Virus record (IMG/VR): IMGVR_UViG_2974764813_000001
Location: 32,001 to 96,000 of that record
DNA from: a virus
Lineage: Duplodnaviria; Caudoviricetes
Length of the DNA stretch: 64,000 nucleotides
Strand: one strand, 5' to 3'
Shown one piece after another: positions 9,920-18,691 of the stretch. The notes under the pieces were generated by a model, which did no database searches, was not told the DNA's origin, and saw only the letters and a program-made list of their open reading frames with translations. The translations under genes were made by a program, and so were the position numbers. Position 1 is the stretch's first letter. Each line of letters starts with the position of its first letter.

Positions 9920-10186
9920 ATGGAGCGACCTCAGACCTACCGTGAGGCGGCCGACTGGTTCGTCGAGGGCAAGCTGACGTTCGACCAGTTGCACGACGCG
10001 ATGGGGTACCTGCCCCCGCCGGAGACACGCCGAGAGCCGCAGTCGCTGGCCGACATCTACGACATCGCCGACGAACCTCGCGGGCCCAACTCGACATTCT
10101 GGATCGCCGTGCTCGAGACCTGCGGAAAGATCACCCTCGACCAACTCGTCGAGCTCCTGGAGACCGTTGCTGAAATCCACCGGTGA
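9920..10186 (+). CDS. Small helical protein, candidate antitoxin/immunity protein
   Basis: 88 aa, internal repeat GKLTFDQL/GKITLDQL, own promoter, directly after the zeta domain. Confidence 0.6.
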   Translation: MERPQTYREAADWFVEGKLTFDQLHDAMGYLPPPETRREPQSLADIYDIADEPRGPNSTFWIAVLETCGKITLDQLVELLETVAEIHR

Positions 10187-10219
10187 TGCGGATTCTAGAC
10201 CATTTCTAGGTTTGCACTG

Positions 10220-10248
10220 TTGCCCTTCTGGGAATTTCCACTTACAGT
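10220..10248 (+). promoter_or_regulatory. SigA-like promoter TTGCCC-N17-TACAGT
   Basis: Canonical spacing, upstream of the 10281 ORF. Confidence 0.55.
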
Positions 10249-10280
10249 AATCAGGTAAGCTCCGGGAAGGGGGTGAAGGT

Positions 10281-10487
10281 ATGCACAGCTACCTGGTAAC
10301 CATGCTCGACCGAATGACAGGCAGCGAATGCCGCGTGGTGGTGCAGGCCGAGTGCCCCCACGATATGCAGGAGTTTGTGGATCGTCTTGCGCGCGAAGGC
10401 AAACTGCCCATCAGCAGCCCGGTGGTCGTCGACATCGACGACCGCGCCGCCGCGCACGTCCCCTTGGTGAACCCAGCCAAGCTCTAA
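10281..10487 (+). CDS. Hypothetical protein (68 aa)
   Basis: RBS-like purine run, flanked by a promoter and a terminator. Confidence 0.6.
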   Translation: MHSYLVTMLDRMTGSECRVVVQAECPHDMQEFVDRLAREGKLPISSPVVVDIDDRAAAHVPLVNPAKL

Positions 10488-10504
10488 TTCCACTTTCGGT
10501 GATG

Positions 10505-10534
10505 ACCCCAGAGCGCTGACGCTCTGGGGTTTTC
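10505..10534 (+). terminator. Intrinsic terminator
   Basis: accccagagcg-ctga-cgctctggggt-ttt. Confidence 0.8.
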
Positions 10535-10622
10535 GCTGTTCGGTGCCTGCGCCCCTGTGCGGAAGACCCGTGCCATCCCGGAATAGATGAGTACGTGTTT
10601 TGTCCGACCGCAAGGAGACACC

Positions 10623-11249
10623 ATGACCACCACGACTGCTACGCCGACACCGCGCACCATCGCCGAACTGCGCAAGCACGACGGGCCGATCTACATGGCT
10701 AACAACACCGCCAACCGGGTGCACTGCCACGAGCAGCTCGGTGATCACCGCGTCGACTTCGAGCTCGACCCGGTCGGCGGCGAGGACTCGATCCAGATGG
10801 TGCCCAAGATGGCCCTGGAGGTCCGCGGCATCCAGAAGATGTGGCGCAACGGCGACCTGACCGTGAGCACCGACGAGTCGATGGAAGAGCAGATCACCCT
10901 GCTCATCGACCGCAACATCAAGACCCCGCAGGACCGCCTCAACGGCATCATGGCCGCCAGCGGCGACGGGGCCACCCTGCAGGTCGAGGGGTCGGCCAAC
11001 GGCAAGAACCTCACCGAGAAGGCGTGCCTGGAGTGCGGCGCCTACGACCCGAAGACCGGTGTGCTGCTGCGCGGCCGTGTGGTGATGCGGGTCTCCGACG
11101 TCGAAGAGGGTGTCGCGCCGCTGTGCGCGACCCACCAGCACCTGTCCACGCAGTGGGCCGGTCGCCAGGTCCTCGCCGACACCGACGAGACCCCGCACTG
11201 GGAGTTCGACAAGGTCTCGCTCACCGCCCCGGTGCGCGAACAGGGCTGA
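10623..11249 (+). CDS. Hypothetical protein with CxxC...CxxH motif
   Basis: AAGGAG RBS before ATG 10623; CLEC/CATH. Confidence 0.65.
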   Translation: MTTTTATPTPRTIAELRKHDGPIYMANNTANRVHCHEQLGDHRVDFELDPVGGEDSIQMVPKMALEVRGIQKMWRNGDLTVSTDESMEEQITLLIDRNIKTPQDRLNGIMAASGDGATLQVEGSANGKNLTEKACLECGAYDPKTGVLLRGRVVMRVSDVEEGVAPLCATHQHLSTQWAGRQVLADTDETPHWEFDKVSLTAPVREQG

Positions 11250-11268
11250 TCCACAAGGAGGAAAGAAC

Positions 11269-11430
11269 ATGGCAGATACCCCAGTCTGGGCAGGCCAGGT
11301 GCCGCACCTGATCACCGGTGCCTACCAGAAGAAGCAGTTCCGCTCCGGCCTCGCCGGAGGCATTCAGGAGACGGTCTTCGACGCGCTGGCCTACCCGCCG
11401 GAGTCGGGCGTCGAGGCCACTGAGGCCTGA
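11269..11430 (+). CDS. Small protein (53 aa), paralog of 12550..12840
   Basis: AAGGAGG RBS; shares VFDALAYPPESG. Confidence 0.6.
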   Translation: MADTPVWAGQVPHLITGAYQKKQFRSGLAGGIQETVFDALAYPPESGVEATEA

Positions 11431-11437
11431 CCCTGCC

Positions 11438-11629
11438 ATGTTCACCGCAGCGGAACTGAGCTGGTACAAGGCGGGCGCACTGGTTCGCCAGCCCCGCCTT
11501 GTCCCAGGCGAACCCAATCTCTCTTCCATCGCCCATGCCATGGCCAGCCCGCCGATGCCGAACCCCGACTTCATCGTGGACACCGGCAGCGACCGCATCG
11601 ACGGGGAGATCGACGGAGGGACACCGTAA
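11438..11629 (+). CDS. Small virion-associated protein (63 aa)
   Basis: Ends IDGGTP; stop abuts the in-frame ATG of the next gene. Confidence 0.5.
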   Translation: MFTAAELSWYKAGALVRQPRLVPGEPNLSSIAHAMASPPMPNPDFIVDTGSDRIDGEIDGGTP

Positions 11630-12460
11630 ATGCCCGAACTGAGGCGAATCAGGTTTCGTCGAGGCACCCCAGCAGAATGGGCTGACGCCGATCCGGTGCT
11701 TCCGGCCGGATCTCTGAATGTAGAGATCGACGGCGTCAACAGCGTGGCCCGCATCAAGGTGGGTATCGGGGCTCGCTGGACGGAGACGCCCTTTGTCGGC
11801 TCTGACAGCGAGGGCGGCGGCACGGTCACTGTCGCCGATGTCGTCGGCCTGACCGACGCCCTGAGCGAAAAAGCCGACGTCACTCACGACCACAGCGGGG
11901 TGTACGCCCCGACGAGTCACGACCACAGCGGGGTGTACGCCCCCACCAGCCACACTCACGACACTTCGCAGGTGGACGGGCTGGAGACCTTGCTCGGCGA
12001 GAAGGTGGACACCTCCACCACGGTGGCCGCCGGGACCGGCTTGACCGGCGGTGGGACGCTGGATGCCAACCGGACCTTGGCACTGAGCTCGGCCTCGATT
12101 GCCTCGCTGGCCAAAGCCGACACTGCCGTGCAGCCCGAGGCCCTGACCGGACTCTCCCCGAACCTGGTGATCCGGCCCGAGAAGTCCGACAACACGGTGT
12201 TGATCGTGGCCGACGCCAACTCGTTCAGCAAAGTCAACACCACGCCAGGGACGGCCACCATCGTCGTGCCGCTGAACTCCGATGAGCCCATCCCTATCGG
12301 CGCGTCGGTCTACCTCATGGTCTCCGGCGCGAACGACATGAGCATCGGAGCCGACGACGGCGTCACGGTGCGCGCGGTGGATGACGTGATGGACATTTCG
12401 GGGAACCACAGGTTGGCCCACCTGCTCAAGGTCGGCACCGACGAGTGGATCTTGCAGTGA
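11630..12460 (+). CDS. Fibre/minor structural protein with Mtd-N/hyaluronidase-like N-terminus
   Basis: RIRFRRGTPAEWADADPVL motif; HxH repeats; AGTGLTGGG fibre motif. Confidence 0.65.
   Translation: MPELRRIRFRRGTPAEWADADPVLPAGSLNVEIDGVNSVARIKVGIGARWTETPFVGSDSEGGGTVTVADVVGLTDALSEKADVTHDHSGVYAPTSHDHSGVYAPTSHTHDTSQVDGLETLLGEKVDTSTTVAAGTGLTGGGTLDANRTLALSSASIASLAKADTAVQPEALTGLSPNLVIRPEKSDNTVLIVADANSFSKVNTTPGTATIVVPLNSDEPIPIGASVYLMVSGANDMSIGADDGVTVRAVDDVMDISGNHRLAHLLKVGTDEWILQ
11885..11950 (+). repeat. 33-bp tandem repeat x2 (HDHSGVYAPTS)
   Basis: cacgaccacagcggggtgtacgcccc repeated at a 33-nt period. Confidence 0.85.
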
Positions 12461-12549
12461 TCCCTTGACCTGACTCACCTGTGCTCGCACGCCTCCCGCC
12501 CGGTAATAGGCGAAGGGATTTGCAGCACCCCAGCAAGGAGAAGAGTGAT

Positions 12550-12840
12550 ATGACCGCAGTGCCCGAAGCCGTCCGGCTGGCCTACCAGACTCGCCACTAC
12601 AACGCGGGCATCCCGGTCAAGCCCGACAACAGCGTGTTCGACGCGCTGGCCTACCCGCCGGAGAGCGGCCTGGAAGCCCAGGAAGCCGCACTCGCGGCGG
12701 CCCAGGAAGTCGGCATCATCGCACCGGACCCGGCCGCCCTCAAGGGTGCGGTCGCCCACCGCGACGTCATCAAGCAGTTCTACGACTCGGCCAGCATCCT
12801 GCGTCCCGTCGCAGACGACAACACCGACGAAAACGGCTAG
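12550..12840 (+). CDS. Small virion-associated protein
   Basis: ATG 12550 after purine-rich RBS; paralogous to the 11269 ORF. Confidence 0.6.
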   Translation: MTAVPEAVRLAYQTRHYNAGIPVKPDNSVFDALAYPPESGLEAQEAALAAAQEVGIIAPDPAALKGAVAHRDVIKQFYDSASILRPVADDNTDENG

Positions 12841-12886
12841 AGCCCGCTTCGATTTCGCCGTTCTCCACTGACACGAGAGGACAGAG

Positions 12887-14491
12887 GTGGCTACTGCCTG
12901 GCCGGATGGCTATGACGACTTCGGCGTACCTTCCCTGCCGGAAGAGACACCTCTGTCCTCTGCGGGGGACAGTGCCCGCAACCACCCCGAACTGCTGCGC
13001 GACGTCGGCGATGCCGTCGAGGCCCTGCAGCGCGGTGTGGCGCGCAAGATTCACGATCACTCCGGTGACCCTGACGACATCGCCAAGGGCGACAAGCTCA
13101 AGCAGGCCAACACCCACGAGGACGCCGACACCGACTCCTCACCCACGGCGCTGCACCACACCCTGGGCTTCGGTGCGCACCAGGCCATGCCGGGCAACCA
13201 CGTGCCCAACTACGCCGACCTGCCGGGCGCGCCGTTCCGTATCTGCACCTCCACCACCCGGCCCGGAGCACCGTTCCGCGGCCAGGTGATCTACGAGACC
13301 GACACCAAGTGCTTCCGGCAGTGGGAGCTGTTCAACAACAACGCGGTGATCACCGGGCTCAACTCGCAGATCAACTTCGATACCGTCGATGCCACTACCA
13401 TCGGTGGCGGCGGCTGGGACATCACCATCGCCAGCGGGGACACCACCCACGGCATCCCGGCCACCCCCGACGGCACGCTGCGCTGGATCGACGGCGGCAA
13501 CCAGACCAACCGCTTCTGGGCGCGACGCACCAACCCGCTGGACGCGGAGACCGAGACCGACGACCAGATCATCACCTGGAAGACCGGCGACACCGTCATC
13601 GAATCGGAACTGCCGCTGACCGACGGCGCCACCAACGACGTCTACTTCCGGGTCAGCGAGGACGAGCAGAGCTACATCAAGCTGCGCGTCGGCGACCAGT
13701 ACATCAAGGCGTTCTACACGACCTCCGGCCGGGAGAACGAGAAGGCTCTCGGCGAGCTGTCCAACATCGAGACCCAGTTGTCCAACGCGACGTGGTCCGG
13801 CGAGATGACCGACCGCACCCTCTCGCTGTACTGCGGCGGGGAGTTCATGGGCTCGATCAAGGACACCAAGGCCGTCACCGCCAAAGGCGCCGACAACCGC
13901 GGCTGGATGATCGGCATGCAGGCCGGTGCCCGCGGCCTGGGCCAGACCACCCCGGCCAACATCGACTGGGTCCGCATCCAGGACCGGCGCTACTTCACCT
14001 CGGTCAACCGCTGGAGCCTGCTGCCGCTGGGCCGTGTCCCGGTGTGCCGCCTGCGCCAGTCCAAGAACCAGCAGCTCATGCGCACCGGCACCATCCTGGA
14101 GTTCGCCGAGGAGGTCGAGGACACCTTCGGCTTCTTCGACAAGGCGGTGTCGCAGACCGACGTCGTGATCACCGAGCCCGGCACCTACGACATCACCGCG
14201 ACGCTGCAGTGGGATCCGCAGAGGGTGCCCGACCAGGCCCACGCGCTGGTCATGGTCAACGGCCAGGAGACCGAGATCAAGGACTCGAAGTTCCTGCGCG
14301 GCAACGGTGCGCAGCCGGGCTTCTCCCAGACCCTGGCGATCACCGGCACCCTGCCTCTGGTGGCCGGTGACGTCATCCAGGTCAAGGCCCGCTTCGAGGC
14401 GTCCGGCGGCCTGCTCAACCAGATCTTCTCCTACTTCGACGCCGCGTCGAAGGTCAACTCTCGTCTCGAGATCACATTCCGGGGGCCGTGA
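12887..14491 (+). CDS. Minor structural/fibre protein, beta-rich, possible C1q/TNF-like C-terminal domain
   Basis: STTRPGAPFRGQVIYETDT motif; C-terminal VVITEPGTYDITATL...LVAGDVIQV. Confidence 0.6.
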   Translation: MATAWPDGYDDFGVPSLPEETPLSSAGDSARNHPELLRDVGDAVEALQRGVARKIHDHSGDPDDIAKGDKLKQANTHEDADTDSSPTALHHTLGFGAHQAMPGNHVPNYADLPGAPFRICTSTTRPGAPFRGQVIYETDTKCFRQWELFNNNAVITGLNSQINFDTVDATTIGGGGWDITIASGDTTHGIPATPDGTLRWIDGGNQTNRFWARRTNPLDAETETDDQIITWKTGDTVIESELPLTDGATNDVYFRVSEDEQSYIKLRVGDQYIKAFYTTSGRENEKALGELSNIETQLSNATWSGEMTDRTLSLYCGGEFMGSIKDTKAVTAKGADNRGWMIGMQAGARGLGQTTPANIDWVRIQDRRYFTSVNRWSLLPLGRVPVCRLRQSKNQQLMRTGTILEFAEEVEDTFGFFDKAVSQTDVVITEPGTYDITATLQWDPQRVPDQAHALVMVNGQETEIKDSKFLRGNGAQPGFSQTLAITGTLPLVAGDVIQVKARFEASGGLLNQIFSYFDAASKVNSRLEITFRGP

Positions 14492-15483
14492 TGACCAGCG
14501 AACCGTCGGGCATCATGATTAGCAGCCCGAAGATCCGCGACCAGGCACTGGTGCGCAAGTTCGTCTCCCAGGGCGGCCGCGGCTACATCGCCTTGGACAT
14601 CCGCACCCCCGAGGGGTCGGTGGACCCCGACGAGGGCAGCCTGCAGCTCAAGGTGTGGTTCAACGACGTCACCGCCCAGGTCCCGGTCTCCGATGACCCG
14701 CGCGGCGTGCTGGCGCTGGAGGTGTCCCACGACGAACTGCACCGCGAGGACACCGGCAAGTACGACTACGAGATCGGTCCCGCCCTGACCAGCCAGCGCG
14801 GGGTGTTCACCGTCGAGTGGCTCTACAAGGTCGGCGGCACCGAGTTCAGCTTCACCGACCACCTGCAGGTGCTCAGCCAGATGCCGCTGTACGACACTCT
14901 CTCGACGGCCGAGCGGCTCACCGTCGAGCAGGTGTCCTGGATGCTCGGCGATCTGTTTGACTCCACCGAGGGCGGCCCGTATCTCATCGAGCAGTTCCAG
15001 ACCCACTTCGACTACGAGCGCATCGCCCAGCTCGCCCAGATCGCCGTCACCCGGCTCAACACCACCGGCTTCCCGGTGACCTACTGGGCCTTCGGCGGCG
15101 ACGGCGGCGGCAACGTGGTGCCCAAGGAGTTCGCCGGGCTGCACGTACTGGCCACCTACTACGAGGTGGTGCGCCACCTGATCCGCTCGTACGTGGAGAT
15201 CCCCGCGCGCGTCGGCGCCAACATCACCTTCCTGGACCGTCGCGACTACATGCAGCGCTGGCAGTCCATCCTGGCCACCGAACTGCCGGAGTGGCAGAAG
15301 ATGGTCAAGACCGCCAAGCGCTCGCTGCTCGGCCTGGGCCGCGGCGCGCTGCTGGTCTCCGGCGGCATCTACGGCAGCGGCGCGACCGGTGTCTTCCAGT
15401 ACGGCATGTACGTCAGCCACACCCGCGCGTTCCGGTTCTATCCGGCGGCCCCGGCCGTGTCCTGGGGGTCGATTGGGCGATGA
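14488..15483 (+). CDS. Head-to-tail adaptor (neck) protein
   Basis: Position, size, translational coupling. Confidence 0.5.
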   Translation: MMTSEPSGIMISSPKIRDQALVRKFVSQGGRGYIALDIRTPEGSVDPDEGSLQLKVWFNDVTAQVPVSDDPRGVLALEVSHDELHREDTGKYDYEIGPALTSQRGVFTVEWLYKVGGTEFSFTDHLQVLSQMPLYDTLSTAERLTVEQVSWMLGDLFDSTEGGPYLIEQFQTHFDYERIAQLAQIAVTRLNTTGFPVTYWAFGGDGGGNVVPKEFAGLHVLATYYEVVRHLIRSYVEIPARVGANITFLDRRDYMQRWQSILATELPEWQKMVKTAKRSLLGLGRGALLVSGGIYGSGATGVFQYGMYVSHTRAFRFYPAAPAVSWGSIGR

Positions 15484-16109
15484 GCGTCGCGATCCTCAAG
15501 CAGGCACAGCAGTTCTCGTGGCGAACCTCATCGTTCCTCTGGGATGACCCGCGCGGCTACCTCGCGGCCAAGGAGTGGCTCGACAACGGCTTCGCATACC
15601 ACGCCGACGACTTCCGCGCGGGCGGGGAGAGTGCGCGCCAGGGCAGCCCGCACCCGTGGCCGGAGGGCTTCAACGAGGCCCGGCTGCTGCGCACCCCTGA
15701 TGGCCGCCGCGCCATCGGTTCGGAGATCTACCAGCGGCTCACCCAGGCGCAGCCGACGAAGTACGAGCTGTGGCGCGGGGTCACCGGCGACCTGCCCTAC
15801 ACCGAGGGCCAGACCGTCAGCATGCCGCTGTCGTCGTTCGCCATCGACAAGGCCAAGGCCAGCGAGTTCGCCCGCGAGACGCCGAAGGACACCGGCGGCT
15901 ACCTGCTGCGCATGAGCCCCGGATCGCAGTCCTACAAGCTCATCAACCACGACAACCCCGGCGAACTGCGCGGCTGGGATCCCGCAGGCGAGCACATCTC
16001 CATGGGCGACTTCCGGGTGAACCGCATCCACCAGCCCCGCAACCCCGGCGACCTGCCCATCGCCGACATCACCCACCTGGGCCTGGGCGCACCGGAGGTG
16101 AGGCCATGA
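15480..16109 (+). CDS. Leader-bearing ADP-ribosyltransferase-like protein (R-S-E type)
   Basis: ELWRGV...SMPLSSFAIDKAKASEFA...YLLRM...GEHISMGDFRV; ATGA-coupled start. Confidence 0.6.
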   Translation: MSVAILKQAQQFSWRTSSFLWDDPRGYLAAKEWLDNGFAYHADDFRAGGESARQGSPHPWPEGFNEARLLRTPDGRRAIGSEIYQRLTQAQPTKYELWRGVTGDLPYTEGQTVSMPLSSFAIDKAKASEFARETPKDTGGYLLRMSPGSQSYKLINHDNPGELRGWDPAGEHISMGDFRVNRIHQPRNPGDLPIADITHLGLGAPEVRP

Positions 16110-16486
16110 CCGCGATCCTCAAGCAAGCCGAGCAGTATTCCTGGCGGGTGGCGATGCCTTGGTATCACGTCAGTCCTCATGATCTCCCTGATGCCACCAG
16201 GCTGACTCCTGGTGGAGGGGAGTCAGCTTTTGGCGACGAGGTTTACCAGGATGAATTCAGCGATCATCCGAATCACGTTTGGATGTGGAATGACCTAAAC
16301 AGCGCCGTTCGGTTCCTGCCTGAGATCGGCGCCGAGAAGCGTCCTAACGGTGACTGGGAGCATGGCCACGTCTACGAGGTGGATCCAGAAGACCCCAGGC
16401 CTTGGTACAGCGGCCAGCACGGTTACGTGACTCCATCTGCGAAGATCATTCGTCAAGTCCCACAAGGCGAATGGGGGCAGCAGTGA
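16106..16486 (+). CDS. Leader-bearing Arr-like (H-type) ADP-ribosyltransferase-fold protein
   Basis: WYHVSP...LTPG...NHVWM...HVYEVDP...YVTPSAKIIRQV; GGAGG RBS; atypical codon usage. Confidence 0.55.
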   Translation: MTAILKQAEQYSWRVAMPWYHVSPHDLPDATRLTPGGGESAFGDEVYQDEFSDHPNHVWMWNDLNSAVRFLPEIGAEKRPNGDWEHGHVYEVDPEDPRPWYSGQHGYVTPSAKIIRQVPQGEWGQQ

Positions 16487-17397
16487 GCATCAAGCTGCCC
16501 GAAGACTTCGGCGTCAACCAGCTGCGCAAGGACGTTCGCGACTCCTTGCAGACCGCGGGGGAGCAGTGCATCGTGCTGGCGATGCGCCACCCTGTCGACG
16601 ACGACGACGCCGAGAAGTGCCCGGTCTGCGACGACGACATCTACAACGACGGCGAGGCCGACTGCGAGGTCTGCTACGGCACCCGCTACGCCCACCCGGT
16701 GCGCGAGGCCGCCAAGGTGTGGGCGGTGTTCTCCGACCAGACGAACGACGAGACCTACACCAAGCAGGGCGTGTTCCAGTCCGACGTGCGTGAGATCCAG
16801 ACCGAGGCGTTCCCGCGGCTGATGGAGCACGACTACGTCGTGCGCGTGCGCCGCTGGACCCCCGACGGCCGCGCCGCCGAGATCGAAGGCTTCTACACCG
16901 TCGACAAGGTCATCCCGAACTCGGTGCGCACCGGCAACCGCTTCGGCCAGGCCAGCTGGGACATCGTCGGCCAGAAGGCCACCGTGCGCGAGGTTCCGCG
17001 CACCTCGCTGGCGATCACGAAGTACCCGGTGCTGGGCAAGACCTTCAACGCGGGCCTGATCGAGCCGGTCGGCACCATGGCCACCCCGGCACCGGCACCG
17101 CCGGACACCAAGGTCGTCTACGTCCCGGTCATCTCGCCCGGCGCGAGCACCCCCGACCCAGACGACTCGCCCCCGCTGGTGCAGATGCCGCCCGGCACCT
17201 ACTGGCGGCGGGTGTTCTTCCACACCCAGAGCGCTCCCGCGGCCACCTGGACCATCGTGCACCCCTTCGACTACGACCCCTCGGTCACGCTCTTCGTCGG
17301 CGGCGAAGAAGCCGACACCGACGTCGAGTACCCCAACGACCACACCGTGGTGCTGACCTTCGCCGAACCCCAGGCCGGTGTCGCACAGCTCATCTGA
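16483..17397 (+). CDS. Head-tail joining/neck protein
   Basis: GTGA-coupled; CPVC/CEVC; C-terminal ATWTIVHPF small fibre-like domain. Confidence 0.5.
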   Translation: MSIKLPEDFGVNQLRKDVRDSLQTAGEQCIVLAMRHPVDDDDAEKCPVCDDDIYNDGEADCEVCYGTRYAHPVREAAKVWAVFSDQTNDETYTKQGVFQSDVREIQTEAFPRLMEHDYVVRVRRWTPDGRAAEIEGFYTVDKVIPNSVRTGNRFGQASWDIVGQKATVREVPRTSLAITKYPVLGKTFNAGLIEPVGTMATPAPAPPDTKVVYVPVISPGASTPDPDDSPPLVQMPPGTYWRRVFFHTQSAPAATWTIVHPFDYDPSVTLFVGGEEADTDVEYPNDHTVVLTFAEPQAGVAQLI

Positions 17398-17436
17398 GCC
17401 CAGAAGTAGTAGGGGAGCCAAACCGAGGAGGCTGAC

Positions 17437-18219
17437 GTGGCTCGCAAGATTTTCAACGGGCTCGACCTGCAGAACCAGCGGATCGAGGCGGTGGCCAGCC
17501 CGGCATCGCCGACCGACGCCGCCAACAAGTCCTACGTCGACAACCTGGTCAAGGGCCAGGTATGGAAGGTCGGCGTGCGCGTGGCCTCCACCACCAACGT
17601 CGACATCCTGGCTCCGGGCACCGTCATCGACGGCATCACCCTGGCCAACGGCGACTCGATCCTGCTGAAGAACCAGTCCAGCGAGACCGACAACGGCATC
17701 TACGTCTACACCTCGGCCTCGGCTGCCCTGACCCGTCGCGACGACGCCAACAGTGCCGACACCCTGGTACCCAACACCACGGTGTACGTGGCCGAAGGCG
17801 ACACCAACGCTGACACGGCCTGGACGCTGACCACCGACGCCCCGATCACCGTCGGCACCACCAACCTGACCTTCGCCCAGTCCGGCGGCGTCGCCCCCTA
17901 CACCGCGGGCGACGGCCTGGACCTCAACGGCATGGAGTTCAGCGTCAAGTCGGGCACCGGCATCATCGTCGGCGACGAGGTGAGCATCGACACCACCATC
18001 GTCGCACGCAAGTACGCCACCAACATCGGCGACGGCACCACGACCAGCATCGTGGTCACCCACAGCCTGGGCAGCCGCGACGTCGCGGTATCGGTGCGCG
18101 ACGCCACCACCCACGAAGAGGTCTATCCCGACGTCGAGATGACCACGCCGGACACAGTCACCCTCAAATTCGCTGTGGCGCCCGCCTCCAACGAACTGCG
18201 CGCAGTCGTCGTCGGGTAA
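17437..18219 (+). CDS. Collar/whisker-type fibre protein
   Basis: PTDAANKSYVD, ILLKNQ...NGIY, AGDGL, IGDGTTTSIVVTHSLG motifs; GAGGAGG RBS. Confidence 0.65.
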   Translation: MARKIFNGLDLQNQRIEAVASPASPTDAANKSYVDNLVKGQVWKVGVRVASTTNVDILAPGTVIDGITLANGDSILLKNQSSETDNGIYVYTSASAALTRRDDANSADTLVPNTTVYVAEGDTNADTAWTLTTDAPITVGTTNLTFAQSGGVAPYTAGDGLDLNGMEFSVKSGTGIIVGDEVSIDTTIVARKYATNIGDGTTTSIVVTHSLGSRDVAVSVRDATTHEEVYPDVEMTTPDTVTLKFAVAPASNELRAVVVG

Positions 18220-18223
18220 CCCT

Positions 18224-18691
18224 ATGACCAGGATTGCTGCGCCACAGCCGATCTGCGCGCAGGTCAGCACCAGGGCGGTGCAGTTCGCGCGCGAGAGCGC
18301 CCAGTCGATGGGCTGGTCGGACCGCTCGCTGCAGGCCATCGTCTCGATGAGCAGTGAGGGCACCGTCGGCCTGCGCACCACCGCCAAGTATGTGATGCAC
18401 CAGAACCGCGGCATCCGGCCCTTCGTGATGTGGTGGGCCGAGGGCCGCACCATCCCGATGAGCAATGGGTCCGGGGGAGTGAGCTTCGTGCGCGCCAAGG
18501 GTGTGGGCACCCCCGGCTGGGTGACCCTGCCCGGCGGGGTGCGCAAATGGCGCGAGCAGCGTTGGCGCCACCCCGGCCTCAAGCCGAAGAACTTCCTGGA
18601 GAGCGCGCTGAGCCGCGCCATCGAGGACTCCAAGCCTGAGCTGCAGAAGATGCTCATGGGCACCCTGACGGGAGTGGGCAGTGGCTACTGA
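18224..18691 (+). CDS. Tail completion/neck protein
   Basis: C-terminal HPGLKPKNFLESAL; position before terminator and sheath. Confidence 0.5.
   Translation: MTRIAAPQPICAQVSTRAVQFARESAQSMGWSDRSLQAIVSMSSEGTVGLRTTAKYVMHQNRGIRPFVMWWAEGRTIPMSNGSGGVSFVRAKGVGTPGWVTLPGGVRKWREQRWRHPGLKPKNFLESALSRAIEDSKPELQKMLMGTLTGVGSGY

Noticed and set aside
11630-12460. Diversity-generating retroelement suggested by the Mtd-N-like domain
   Set aside because: No reverse transcriptase and no adenine-variable template/variable repeat pair in the window
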